Shown: piece after piece, positions 25,165-33,770 of the stretch
Position numbering within the stretch: position 1 is the first letter of the stretch
Layout of the letters: each line of letters begins with the position of its first letter
Source: Deltaproteobacteria bacterium CG11_big_fil_rev_8_21_14_0_20_49_13
GTDB taxonomy: Bacteria > UBA10199 > GCA-002796325 > 1-14-0-20-49-13
Assembly (NCBI GenBank): GCA_002796305.1
Contig: PCWZ01000049.1
Coordinates: forward strand, 1-57,118
Direction: 5' to 3'
Length of the DNA stretch: 57,118 nt
Notes under the pieces: generated by a model
What the model was told of the DNA's origin: nothing
The model's input: only the letters and a program-made list of their open reading frames with translations
Database searches by the model: none
Translations under genes and position numbers: made by a program

Positions 25165-25857
25165 TTATCTTTTTCCTGCCTCTTGCTTCCTGCTTCCTGC
25201 ATCGAAAATAAACAAACTGTCACCCAATCCCGAATCCAACCTCGTATTATCAAACACATAAGTGGAAATATTTCCAGACTTATTATGTATCGTCATCGTT
25301 TTGAGGATATTGTCGGGTCCGAACTCGCAATCGAGCCATTTGTACTGCGGGCTCTTTCCCTTGGGAGTTAGCTTTAGATATGTGTTTCCCTTTTTGGGGG
25401 TATTCACCTTCCGCTCGGCTACCGTAAAGAGCTCCTTCATTTCCGAGAACCCGTTCAGGAACTCAAGCGCCTCTTTGGGGATGGTCTCGCCGCCCACCTT
25501 GTAGGTCTCTACCTGTTCGAGTTCCTTGTCTATTATCCAGAGTTTCTTGCCGTTACTTATATAGCGCTTAGGATGTTCGCCGGTATATTCGATAAATAGT
25601 TTTCCAGGCCTTTTCATCATAAAAACGCCCGGCTCTTTTATTGTGGAATCGAGCACCTCAACGTAGGTCGACTGCGTGAAATTGGCGGTCATGTCCCTTA
25701 TGGAAGAATAGGTGGATTGGATCCCGTCGACCGAAGCGGCGTTCGCGTAGTTCGAAATGACCAATGTCCAAATCCCAATGAAGAATGAAATTACAATGAC
25801 ACAATGTCCAATCCGTTCATGCCATTGGGATTTGAATTTTGGATATTTATTTGTCAT
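25165..25857 (-). CDS. lolA: Outer-membrane lipoprotein carrier protein LolA
   Basis: LolA pattern (FTQ...G.F..KRPGK....Y......I.NGKKLW.ID.ELEQV). Conserved ftsK-lolA order. The N-terminus and the C-terminal tail are encoded by repeat elements. Confidence 0.8.
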   Translation of the reverse strand: MTNKYPKFKSQWHERIGHCVIVISFFIGIWTLVISNYANAASVDGIQSTYSSIRDMTANFTQSTYVEVLDSTIKEPGVFMMKRPGKLFIEYTGEHPKRYISNGKKLWIIDKELEQVETYKVGGETIPKEALEFLNGFSEMKELFTVAERKVNTPKKGNTYLKLTPKGKSPQYKWLDCEFGPDNILKTMTIHNKSGNISTYVFDNTRLDSGLGDSLFIFDAGSRKQEAGKR

Positions 25858-25873
25858 TTGGATTTGGTCATTG
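25755..25873. repeat. Palindromic CAATGACC / GGTCATTGG-type element, family 2, copy X
   Basis: Shares CCAATGTCCAAA(T/A)CCCAATGA(A/C)GAATGAA and the inverted GTCATTGG arm with 31475-31583. Confidence 0.7.
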
Positions 25874-25886
25874 GATATTTCTTCAG

Positions 25887-28289
25887 CTATTCTCTCTCCT
25901 GCGAAAGGCCGCTGACAAGCACTGTTCTTGGCTTTGCTCCGTCGGCGGGACCGACAACGCCTTCCAACTCCATCTTCTCTATTAGCCGCGCTGCCCGGTT
26001 GTAGCCTATGCGGAAACGCCTTTGTATCATTGAGATGGAGGCCTGCTTTGTTTCAGAAACGAGCTTTACCGCTATGTCATAGAGCTCATCATATTCCCCT
26101 TCTTCGCCCATGGGAAGCCCGTCCTCGCCAACGTTCCTCTCTTCAACTATCGATTCGTCGTAGGCGGGCTTTCCCTGTTCCTTGATGTGGTTTATTATCC
26201 TTGTTATCTCGACCTCGGTGATAAGGGCTCCGTGCAACCTCATGATATCAGATGAGTTGGGCGGCATGAAGAGCATGTCGCCCATGCCAAGGAGTTTTTC
26301 GGCGCCTACCGTGTCAATGATGGTGCGCGAATCGTGCTGGCCGGAAACCTTGAACGACATACGCGCCGGGAAGTTCGCCTTGATGAGCCCCGTGATAACG
26401 TCGACGCTCGGGCGCTGGGTAGCGAGTATCAAGTGAATGCCGGCCGCGCGCGCCATCTGGGCTAGGCGCGTGATCGACTCTTCCATATCTTTAGATGCCA
26501 CCATCATAAGATCGGCAAGTTCGTCTATCACGATCATGATATAGGGGAGCTTGCCCAAATGGCAGATGGCCTCCCTGTTCGCCGCCTGCACCCTTGCCGC
26601 CTCTTCAACGGACATGAGCTTAATACTGCCCTTGTCTATTTTTTCGTTATATCCGGCGATATTTCTGACCCCTGCGTCCGCCAGGATATTATAGCGTCTC
26701 TCCATTTCGCGCACGGCCCACTGGAGCGCCAGCACCGCCTTGCGCGGTTTTGTGACGACAGGGAGGAGGAGATGGGGGATCCCGTCGTAAATAGGGAGCT
26801 CGAGCATCTTGGGGTCGATAAGTATCATCCGCACTTCTTCGGGAGTTGCCTTGTAGAGCGTGCTCACTATCATCGTGTTGACAGCCACGCTCTTTCCACT
26901 GCCGGTGGCGCCGGCCACAAGGAGATGGGGCATCTTTGTGAGGTCGGTTATCACAGGATGTCCTTCGATGTTCTTGCCGAGCGCAAACGTTATCTTGGAG
27001 CTAGAGCGCCTGAATTTGCCGTCGCTTATAACGTCCTTGAGCCAGACAATCTCGCGCTCGATGTTGGGTATCTCGATTCCTATGGCCGCCTTGCCGGGAA
27101 GATGGGCAACGATACGAACGCTTCGCCCGCCCATTGTGACGGAGAGGTCGTCTTCAAGATTCACTATCTTGCCGACCTTTACTCCGGGTGCGGGTTCGAA
27201 CTCGTACATCGTGATGACGGGCCCGGGGTGGATCTCCGTGACCCTTCCTTCAACTCCGTAATCCTTGAGTTTTAGCTCCAGAAGCACCGAGTTTTTCTTG
27301 AGGTTCTCTTCGTCGATGGCGACTATCTTCTGTTCCGACGAATCAAGGAGAGACGTCGGCGGGAAGGTGTAATCCTTGCTCATCCTTGCAAGCTCCAGCT
27401 GGCTGTCGCGCGCCTTTGAAGGCTTTGAGTCGGCGCGTTCGAATATCTTCGGGCCGTCTGCGTCGTATTCGCTCGATTCAGATTGGGGCGCCATGGGGGA
27501 AGTTACCGCGGTCTCTATCTTTTTGGATGGCCTTTCGGCGGAGGATGTTAGTCCCGGAATGGCGACCCCGGAGCCCCTTTTTACAGCCTCTTTTTTGATG
27601 ATGTTTATCTTAACTTTTTTGCGCTTTTTAAAGTTCCCGATACAGTCGGCTATTGCATCTTTCCATAGGGGTAGTGTTTTAAAGGCCCACTTTTTTGTCC
27701 TCTCGAAGTAGATTATGATAAGCCCCAAGAGCCATGAACCGATCACAACCGTTATCTTTTGAACACCCTTGGCTATCTCCACCACCGACATGTGGGTTGC
27801 GTAAAGGGCTGTGAGCGTAACGAGAGTGAAAGCGACGATATATGCGCCGGCCTTGCCCAGCCAGTTCTGCATCAAGGTGCCAAAAAGCGCTCCGAGAAAA
27901 CCGCCGGCCTCAATGGGCTGACCGTGGATATGGACCATCTCGAACTTTAAATGAAAGAGCGCAGCGCCGGAGACGAGAAGCATGGCGTAGCTCACAGCCT
28001 CTTTCCAGTTAAGGTTTATCGTCCTTCCCCAGAACTGCAGGAAGCTTACAAGGAAAAGGACCGAGCAGAGGAAGTAGGCGCTGACGCCGAAGATGTTGAA
28101 AAGTATATCGGCGGTATACGCCCCCACAAAACCGCCTAAGTTGTTTATATGTTTAACGTTAGATGTTACGTTCAGCGCCGGGTCCGCCGGGTCGTAAGAA
28201 AGGAGGCAGAGGGCAAAAAAAATGCCCAGCGCCAGAAAGAATACACCAAAAATCTCGCCCTTAACCGTTCTCTTTTTATCTTTGGCCAT
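25887..28289 (-). CDS. ftsK: DNA translocase FtsK/SpoIIIE
   Basis: N-terminal TM helices, a linker, an ATPase core (LLVAGATGSGKS, IIVIDELADLM) and a C-terminal gamma winged-helix domain. Confidence 0.92.
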   Translation of the reverse strand: MAKDKKRTVKGEIFGVFFLALGIFFALCLLSYDPADPALNVTSNVKHINNLGGFVGAYTADILFNIFGVSAYFLCSVLFLVSFLQFWGRTINLNWKEAVSYAMLLVSGAALFHLKFEMVHIHGQPIEAGGFLGALFGTLMQNWLGKAGAYIVAFTLVTLTALYATHMSVVEIAKGVQKITVVIGSWLLGLIIIYFERTKKWAFKTLPLWKDAIADCIGNFKKRKKVKINIIKKEAVKRGSGVAIPGLTSSAERPSKKIETAVTSPMAPQSESSEYDADGPKIFERADSKPSKARDSQLELARMSKDYTFPPTSLLDSSEQKIVAIDEENLKKNSVLLELKLKDYGVEGRVTEIHPGPVITMYEFEPAPGVKVGKIVNLEDDLSVTMGGRSVRIVAHLPGKAAIGIEIPNIEREIVWLKDVISDGKFRRSSSKITFALGKNIEGHPVITDLTKMPHLLVAGATGSGKSVAVNTMIVSTLYKATPEEVRMILIDPKMLELPIYDGIPHLLLPVVTKPRKAVLALQWAVREMERRYNILADAGVRNIAGYNEKIDKGSIKLMSVEEAARVQAANREAICHLGKLPYIMIVIDELADLMMVASKDMEESITRLAQMARAAGIHLILATQRPSVDVITGLIKANFPARMSFKVSGQHDSRTIIDTVGAEKLLGMGDMLFMPPNSSDIMRLHGALITEVEITRIINHIKEQGKPAYDESIVEERNVGEDGLPMGEEGEYDELYDIAVKLVSETKQASISMIQRRFRIGYNRAARLIEKMELEGVVGPADGAKPRTVLVSGLSQERE

Positions 28290-28292
28290 AGA

Positions 28293-29105
28293 CTAGTTCT
28301 CGATAAGCCCCGTGAATATAGCAACAAGCTCGGGATCGAACTCTTTTCCCGCCCCTTTTTTAAGCTCGTTTAAAGCCTGATCGAGCGGAAACGCGGTCCT
28401 GTAATCCTGAGCTGTTATCATTGCGTCCCAGCTTTCTGCAAGATGAATTATTCTGGAGGCGACAGGTATATGCGTGCCCTGCATGTGGTCAGGGTAGCCG
28501 TTCCCGTCAAAATGTTCGTGGTGGTGGAGTATCGTGTTGATCTCGCGGACAGAATTCGTGGCGATGAGCCCGAAGTCCACAAGGACGCGGTCGCCTATTT
28601 CGTGGCCGTATTTGGAGTTTATCTTTCGAAGCGAGTCTATTCCCACATAAAGGAGAGTTAACGGATAGCCATATCTTATCGCCTTTTTTGTCTCGCGGGC
28701 GAGCGTTTCCAGCAAGAATTTCTGGTTGTATAGTCCGGTAAGTTCGTCCTTTATCGAGACCTCTTTTAACTCTTGAGTGAGTTTTTTTCGTTCAAGAATG
28801 TCTTTTACAGCTCTTGCTATAGCATATGACGAAACTTCATTTTCTGTAATAAAATCAAGGTGTTGTTTAGCGTATTCGTCTGCCTTTTCGATGGGGACAA
28901 CGCCTAAGAATGGGAGGTCTGTCTTGATCTTGAACTCGTCATCGGCGATGATTATGTCGAGGTCTTTAAAATTGTGGATCTCTTCGGGAGATGCGGTCTG
29001 CGAGGCGGTCAATTTGGGGAATGCGTGCCTCAAAATGGATGCAAGTGGTACTATCGCATTCTGTTTCTTTGTGATATAAAGGATCGAGAGCGAATTCTTG
29101 GACAT
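28293..29105 (-). CDS. Chimeric degenerate signalling protein: REC-like N-terminus + N-terminal half of GGDEF + C-terminal half of HD-GYP
   Basis: DELTGLYNQKFL...YVGIDSLRKINSKYGHEIGDRVL (GGDEF first half, no GGDEF motif) runs directly into HHHEHFDGNGYPDHMQGTHIPVASRIIHLAESWDAM (HD-GYP second half, no HD motif). Confidence 0.7.
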   Translation of the reverse strand: MSKNSLSILYITKKQNAIVPLASILRHAFPKLTASQTASPEEIHNFKDLDIIIADDEFKIKTDLPFLGVVPIEKADEYAKQHLDFITENEVSSYAIARAVKDILERKKLTQELKEVSIKDELTGLYNQKFLLETLARETKKAIRYGYPLTLLYVGIDSLRKINSKYGHEIGDRVLVDFGLIATNSVREINTILHHHEHFDGNGYPDHMQGTHIPVASRIIHLAESWDAMITAQDYRTAFPLDQALNELKKGAGKEFDPELVAIFTGLIEN

Positions 29106-29144
29106 CTTGCGTATAATAATAACACGAGATGAGAGGTTGATGCA

Positions 29145-30164
29145 ATGTTAAAGAAAAAGGGAACAGGAAACAGGAGGCATGAAGCAGGGAGCAAGAACGG
29201 TTTTATCCTGCTTCTTGCTTCATGCCTCCTGTTTCTCTTCTCATCCCACGCAAGGGCCGACGTAATCTCCGAGACGCTTTTGGGCGAAGAGCTCATGTTC
29301 GAGCGCAATTACCCGGCCGCGCTCGAGCTATTTTCGATCATCGAGAAAGAATATCCGGATTCACCCTGCGGCACGTTTGGCCAACTGGCAACGCTGCAGA
29401 TAATGATGTTCGAGAACCTGGATTTCAGGTTCAAAGATCAATACGTTGAAGCGGAGAAAAGGTTCGAAAGGGTTGCTTATAAGACCATTAACAACAACCC
29501 AACCACGTGGGACCTTTTTATTTTGGGCGCCGGTTACGGGATGAAGGGATTCTATTTTGCCAGAGAGGGAAAATGGTTCAGGGCGGTAGGGAGCGCAGTT
29601 CGCGCCACACAGCTCTTAAAAAGGGCGCAGTTCATAGACAAGACGTTCGTCGATTCGGACCTTGGAATAGGAATGTACAATTATTGGAGATCGGTCCTCA
29701 CAAAAGGGCTCCGGTTTTTGCCATTTTTCGGCGACCACACAGCAGAGGGGATAGCGGCGGTTGAGAACGTTATCGAGAACGGTAAATATGGCAAGACCCT
29801 GGCGGAGGCCAATATGGCCTTTATGCTTGCCCGCGAAAAGAGGTACGACGAGGCCAGAAAGATCCTAACTCTCTTCCTTATGAAATACCCCAATAACATC
29901 ATTTTGCGCCAACTCTCGGGCGATATCTATATCGACACGAAAAAGTACGACAAGGCGGCCGAAGAATATAAGTTAATATATAAAATCGATCCGGAGATGA
30001 CCAGGGCCATTTTTCGCCTGGGAAGGATCTATCAAAAGGCCGGGAAGAATGAAGAATCTCTTAAATACTATCAACAGTATCTTGCCACTGGTCCCGAAAA
30101 GGACTGGGAAAAAGCCACAAAGGCCTTTATGGCACAGCTCACCCCAAAAACCTCTTTACGATAG
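29145..30164 (+). CDS. TPR-repeat protein, secreted
   Basis: Signal peptide ILLLASCLLFLFSSHA. TPR-like helices toward the C-terminus. Confidence 0.7.
   Translation: MLKKKGTGNRRHEAGSKNGFILLLASCLLFLFSSHARADVISETLLGEELMFERNYPAALELFSIIEKEYPDSPCGTFGQLATLQIMMFENLDFRFKDQYVEAEKRFERVAYKTINNNPTTWDLFILGAGYGMKGFYFAREGKWFRAVGSAVRATQLLKRAQFIDKTFVDSDLGIGMYNYWRSVLTKGLRFLPFFGDHTAEGIAAVENVIENGKYGKTLAEANMAFMLAREKRYDEARKILTLFLMKYPNNIILRQLSGDIYIDTKKYDKAAEEYKLIYKIDPEMTRAIFRLGRIYQKAGKNEESLKYYQQYLATGPEKDWEKATKAFMAQLTPKTSLR
29166..29235. repeat. Inverted pair of the GAAGCAGGAGGCAAGAAG-type purine-rich element
   Basis: GGAAACAGGAGGCATGAAGC ... GCTTCATGCCTCCTGTTTC forms a roughly 19-bp stem inside the 5' end of the TPR gene. 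Confidence 0.7.
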
Positions 30165-30196
30165 CGAGATAGTGGTGTAGCACGAATAGTATAGAT

Positions 30197-31327
30197 ATGG
30201 GTATAACCATAGTCCATAAAAGCGGCTCGAAAAAAATGGGGTCTGGCTCAAAAAAGGCGCTCATTCTTGCCGGCGGGGCTGTGACCGGCGCCTCCTTTAT
30301 GTCCGGCGGCCTTAAGGCCCTGAACGATTATCTGGACGGTTTTACGGTCACCGATTTCGACACCTATGTTGGGATAAGCGCCGGAAGTTTGCTGGCCGCA
30401 CCTCTTGCCGGCGGTATCGGTCCCGAAGAGATGTTAAAGAGCCTCGATGGCACCTCGGCGCAATTCAGCAAGTTCTCCGCATGGCATTTTTACTGGCCCA
30501 ACATGATGGAGATAATCACGAAACCCCTGACATTTGCCAAGAAGTTCTTTTCCGACAAATCGCCACCATCTCTTTACGAGATACTTCCCTCGGGTCTTTT
30601 TGATAATTCGCCGGTCGAGCATTACATAAGAAAGAACATAGAGAACAACAAGCTTACCAACAGCTTTAAGACAACGCTGAAGGTGGGAGGCAAACACCTC
30701 TACATTGTTGCATCTTCTTTGGATGGTGGCAAGCGTGTTGTCTTCGGGCCCGATGAGAACGCAAGCGTTCCCATTTCAAGGGCGATACAGGCATCCACCG
30801 CTGTGCCGGGATTTTATAAGCCGGTAAGGATAAACGGTGTGGACCATGTAGACGGCGGCGTTCAGGATACCGCATCGATAGACATTGCCGTCAAAAAGGG
30901 GGCCGACCTCATTGTTTGCTACAACCCCTTCAGGCCGCACACAAGGGAAGGCAAGGCCGCGGGCGAAGGGATAATGACCGTTCTGAACCAGATATTCAGG
31001 ACCTTCTTTCACAACAGGCTTCACATGGCGCTCGACAAATACAGGGATGACAAGAGCTTTAAGGGCGACATTATTCTCATTGAACCAAAGGATGACGACA
31101 AGGCTTTCTTTGATCTTAACCCGCTCCTCTATTCAAACCGTGTAAAGGCGGCGTGCTTAGGGTTCGAATCGGTCACCAATTCCATCAACGATAAATATAG
31201 CGGGATCGCTAAAGTGCTTTCGGTGCATGGGATAAAGATGACAAAGAAGAAAATAGGAAAAGAGCTGGACCGGCTTCGAACGGCAGATGAAGATATGGAG
31301 AAATTAAGGGGAATTTTGGAGAAATGA
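30197..31327 (+). CDS. Patatin-like phospholipase
   Basis: GGAVTGASF oxyanion loop, GISAGS (GxSxG) and DGGV (Asp of the dyad). Confidence 0.85.
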   Translation: MGITIVHKSGSKKMGSGSKKALILAGGAVTGASFMSGGLKALNDYLDGFTVTDFDTYVGISAGSLLAAPLAGGIGPEEMLKSLDGTSAQFSKFSAWHFYWPNMMEIITKPLTFAKKFFSDKSPPSLYEILPSGLFDNSPVEHYIRKNIENNKLTNSFKTTLKVGGKHLYIVASSLDGGKRVVFGPDENASVPISRAIQASTAVPGFYKPVRINGVDHVDGGVQDTASIDIAVKKGADLIVCYNPFRPHTREGKAAGEGIMTVLNQIFRTFFHNRLHMALDKYRDDKSFKGDIILIEPKDDDKAFFDLNPLLYSNRVKAACLGFESVTNSINDKYSGIAKVLSVHGIKMTKKKIGKELDRLRTADEDMEKLRGILEK

Positions 31328-31332
31328 CCAAT

Positions 31333-31474
31333 GGGCACCTCTATAAACTACTCACGCTGTCATTGCGAGCCCCGAAGGGGCGCGGCAATCCCCCATAAAC
31401 ACTTGATTTATGGAGATTGCTTCGTCGCTGGACGCTCCTCGCAATGACATAACAATGGGTTTATAGAGGTGCCC
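31333..31474 (+). mobile_element. 142-bp MITE-like palindromic element, family 1, copy A
   Basis: Terminal inverted repeats GGGCACCTCTATAAAC / GTTTATAGAGGTGCCC. Internal arms GTCATTGCGAG / CTCGCAATGAC. Reverse complement of 47006-47147 with one mismatch. Confidence 0.8.
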
Positions 31475-31583
31475 CAATGTCCAAAACCCAATGACGAATG
31501 AATATTCAATGACTCAAATCTCAGTTGATTCATTTGATTCATTGGAATTTGTGATTTTATTCGTCATTGGAGCTTGGTCATTG
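31475..31583. repeat. Palindromic CAATGACC / GGTCATTG-type element, family 2, copy Y
   Basis: See 25755-25873. It abuts MITE copy A and overlaps the annotated start of xseA. Confidence 0.7.
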
Positions 31584-32866
31584 ATGCTTTTATAACTGTG
31601 GAGCAACAAACCCTGGACTTTAATGAAATAGTGAGCCCTCCGGCAAAGGCCGAAGTCTCGGCGCCGGTATCCGTCGAGAATAAGGCGCCGCGCATCTTCA
31701 CCGTGAGCGAGCTTGTGGGGGGAGTACGTCAGCTTCTTGAAAGGAACTTCAATAATATCTGGGTCGCAGGCGAGGTCTCAAATTTCAGGATATCTCCGTC
31801 AGGTCACACATACTTCGTGCTCAAAGATGAAAAGGCGGTGATCAAGTGCGCTCTCTTTAAGGGGCACGCCTCCAAGATAAAGTTCCAGATAAAGGACGGG
31901 ATAGAGATCATCTGCCGCGGGAACCTTTCCATCTATGAAAAGGGCGGCGACTTCAATCTTATCGTCGATTATTGCGAGCCTAAAGGTGTCGGTGCGCTGC
32001 AACTTGCCTTTGAACAGCTAAAAGAAAAATTATTTAAAGAGGGTCTTTTCGATCCAAAACATAAGAAGCCTCTTCCATTCCTTCCAAAGAAGATAGGAAT
32101 AGTTACTTCACCCACCGGCGCCGCCATTCGCGATATTCTGAACGTCCTTTCAAGGAGATATCCGGGTATCGAGGTCCTTTTATATCCCGTGCGAGTCCAG
32201 GGCGACGGTGCGGCTCCTGAAATAGCACAGGCGACCATCTATTTTAATACGCGCGACGATATTGACGTGATGATCATGGGCCGCGGGGGCGGTTCTCTTG
32301 AAGACCTTTGGGCGTTCAACGAAGAGGTCGTTGCAAGGGCCGTATTTGCCTCCAGAATACCCGTTATAAGCGCCGTGGGCCACGAGATAGATTTCACCAT
32401 CTCGGATTTTGTTGCTGACAAGCGCGCCCCAACACCATCGGCCGCCGCCGAGATAGCCGTTCCAAAGAAGGACGACCTCTTAAAATTCCTGAAAGACAAA
32501 CATCAGCAGCTTCTAAGGGCGCTTTCAGTATGTCTTGATATAAAGATCAAGTTATTCTCTCAGACCGCTTCTCACCTAAAACCCCCGACAGCGAGATTTC
32601 CGGACCTCATCATCCGGATAGATTCTTTGAGGGAGCGGCTTAATAACGTGGCATCCGTACTACTGGCCCGGCTTGACGCCTCGTTCAGAAAGCTGGCCGC
32701 GGAACTGAACCATCTCTCTCCGCTATCCGTGCTCTCAAAGGGTTACAGCGTTGTTACAAAGAAGGGGTCGGTCGTTAACGATGCCGCAATTCTTAAAAAA
32801 GGGGACAGCGTTCATGTGCGCTTCTTTAAGGGGGGCGCGTCGGCAAAGATCGACAAAATAAATTAA
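31574..32866 (+). CDS. xseA: Exodeoxyribonuclease VII large subunit
   Basis: OB-fold N-terminus (IWVAGEVSNF...SGHTYFVLKD) and the Exonuc_VII_L core. The start codon is uncertain: the TTG at 31574 lies inside a repeat, and an in-frame GTG lies a few codons downstream. Confidence 0.85.
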   Translation: MVIDAFITVEQQTLDFNEIVSPPAKAEVSAPVSVENKAPRIFTVSELVGGVRQLLERNFNNIWVAGEVSNFRISPSGHTYFVLKDEKAVIKCALFKGHASKIKFQIKDGIEIICRGNLSIYEKGGDFNLIVDYCEPKGVGALQLAFEQLKEKLFKEGLFDPKHKKPLPFLPKKIGIVTSPTGAAIRDILNVLSRRYPGIEVLLYPVRVQGDGAAPEIAQATIYFNTRDDIDVMIMGRGGGSLEDLWAFNEEVVARAVFASRIPVISAVGHEIDFTISDFVADKRAPTPSAAAEIAVPKKDDLLKFLKDKHQQLLRALSVCLDIKIKLFSQTASHLKPPTARFPDLIIRIDSLRERLNNVASVLLARLDASFRKLAAELNHLSPLSVLSKGYSVVTKKGSVVNDAAILKKGDSVHVRFFKGGASAKIDKIN

Positions 32867-32867
32867 A

Positions 32868-33524
32868 ATGGTAACTCACGAGCTTCGAACGCCAATATTC
32901 ATAATAAAAGAAGGGATCGACCAAGTAACAGAGGGGATGCATGGTGATCTGAAGGAAGAACAGAAAAAGATACTGGGAATGGCCGGTGGAAATGCAAAGA
33001 GGCTGGCGCTCATCGTTAATGACCTGCTTGACATATCCAAGATAGAGGCCGGGAAATTCGATATCAAAAAGAAAGATGACGACATCGTGGCCGCCGTGAA
33101 CGAGATCGTTCACGGATTTGAAAGTGTTGCAAAAGAAAAGAGACTTGAGCTCAGGAAGAGCTATCCTTCAAAGGAAACAAGACTCTCCTTCGATAAGCTC
33201 AGAATAGAACAGGTTTTGACAAATCTCTTGAGTAATGCCATTAAGTTCACCGCCAAGGGTTTTGTCGAGGTAGGCCTTGCGGATAAGGGCGACATGATCG
33301 AGTTATATGTTGCAGACTCCGGCCACGGCATGACCAAAGAGGAGATGCCTAAGCTCTTCAACAAATTTGAACAGCTTGGCCACGGGGCAGAAGGCGGAGA
33401 AAAGGGAACGGGCCTGGGGCTCGCCATAACAAAGGGAATAGTTGAGCTTCATGGCGGCAAGATAAGGGTTGAAAGCATTGCAGGAAAAGGGAGTAAGTTC
33501 ATGTTCACATTACCAAGGAGCTAA
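32868..33524 (+). CDS. Sensor-less histidine kinase core (N-terminally truncated HisKA + HATPase_c)
   Basis: Begins MVTHELRTPI (H-box at residue 5). N-box LLSNAIKF, G1 DSGHGM, and G2 GTGLGLAI. An in-frame stop lies 9 nt upstream of the ATG. Confidence 0.8.
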   Translation: MVTHELRTPIFIIKEGIDQVTEGMHGDLKEEQKKILGMAGGNAKRLALIVNDLLDISKIEAGKFDIKKKDDDIVAAVNEIVHGFESVAKEKRLELRKSYPSKETRLSFDKLRIEQVLTNLLSNAIKFTAKGFVEVGLADKGDMIELYVADSGHGMTKEEMPKLFNKFEQLGHGAEGGEKGTGLGLAITKGIVELHGGKIRVESIAGKGSKFMFTLPRS

Positions 33525-33526
33525 AT

Positions 33527-33766
33527 ATGGCGCCCGAAAAAGAGACATTTGAAAGATCGCTTTCAAAACTGGAAGAGGTCGTTAGACATCTTGAAAAGGG
33601 AGATCTTTCGCTTGACGATTCGCTCAAGACGTTCGAAGAGGGGATAAAGTGGTCGAGGATGTGTGAATCTAAACTAAAAGAGGCCAAGGGGAAAGTGGAG
33701 ATGCTTATGAAGACAGAAGGCGGCGAGCTGAAGGCGGCACCGTTCAAATCGGAGGAGAACGCCTAA
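33527..33766 (+). CDS. xseB: Exodeoxyribonuclease VII small subunit
   Basis: FERSLSKLEEVVRHLEKGDLSLDDSLKTFEEGIKWSRMCESKL is the canonical XseB pattern. Confidence 0.88.
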   Translation: MAPEKETFERSLSKLEEVVRHLEKGDLSLDDSLKTFEEGIKWSRMCESKLKEAKGKVEMLMKTEGGELKAAPFKSEENA

Positions 33767-33770
33767 TTCT

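Noticed and set aside
26559-27275. 238-aa plus-strand ORF (and other 60-130-aa ORFs between 25.9 and 28.3 kb)
   Set aside because: They are antisense shadows inside the strongly supported ftsK gene.
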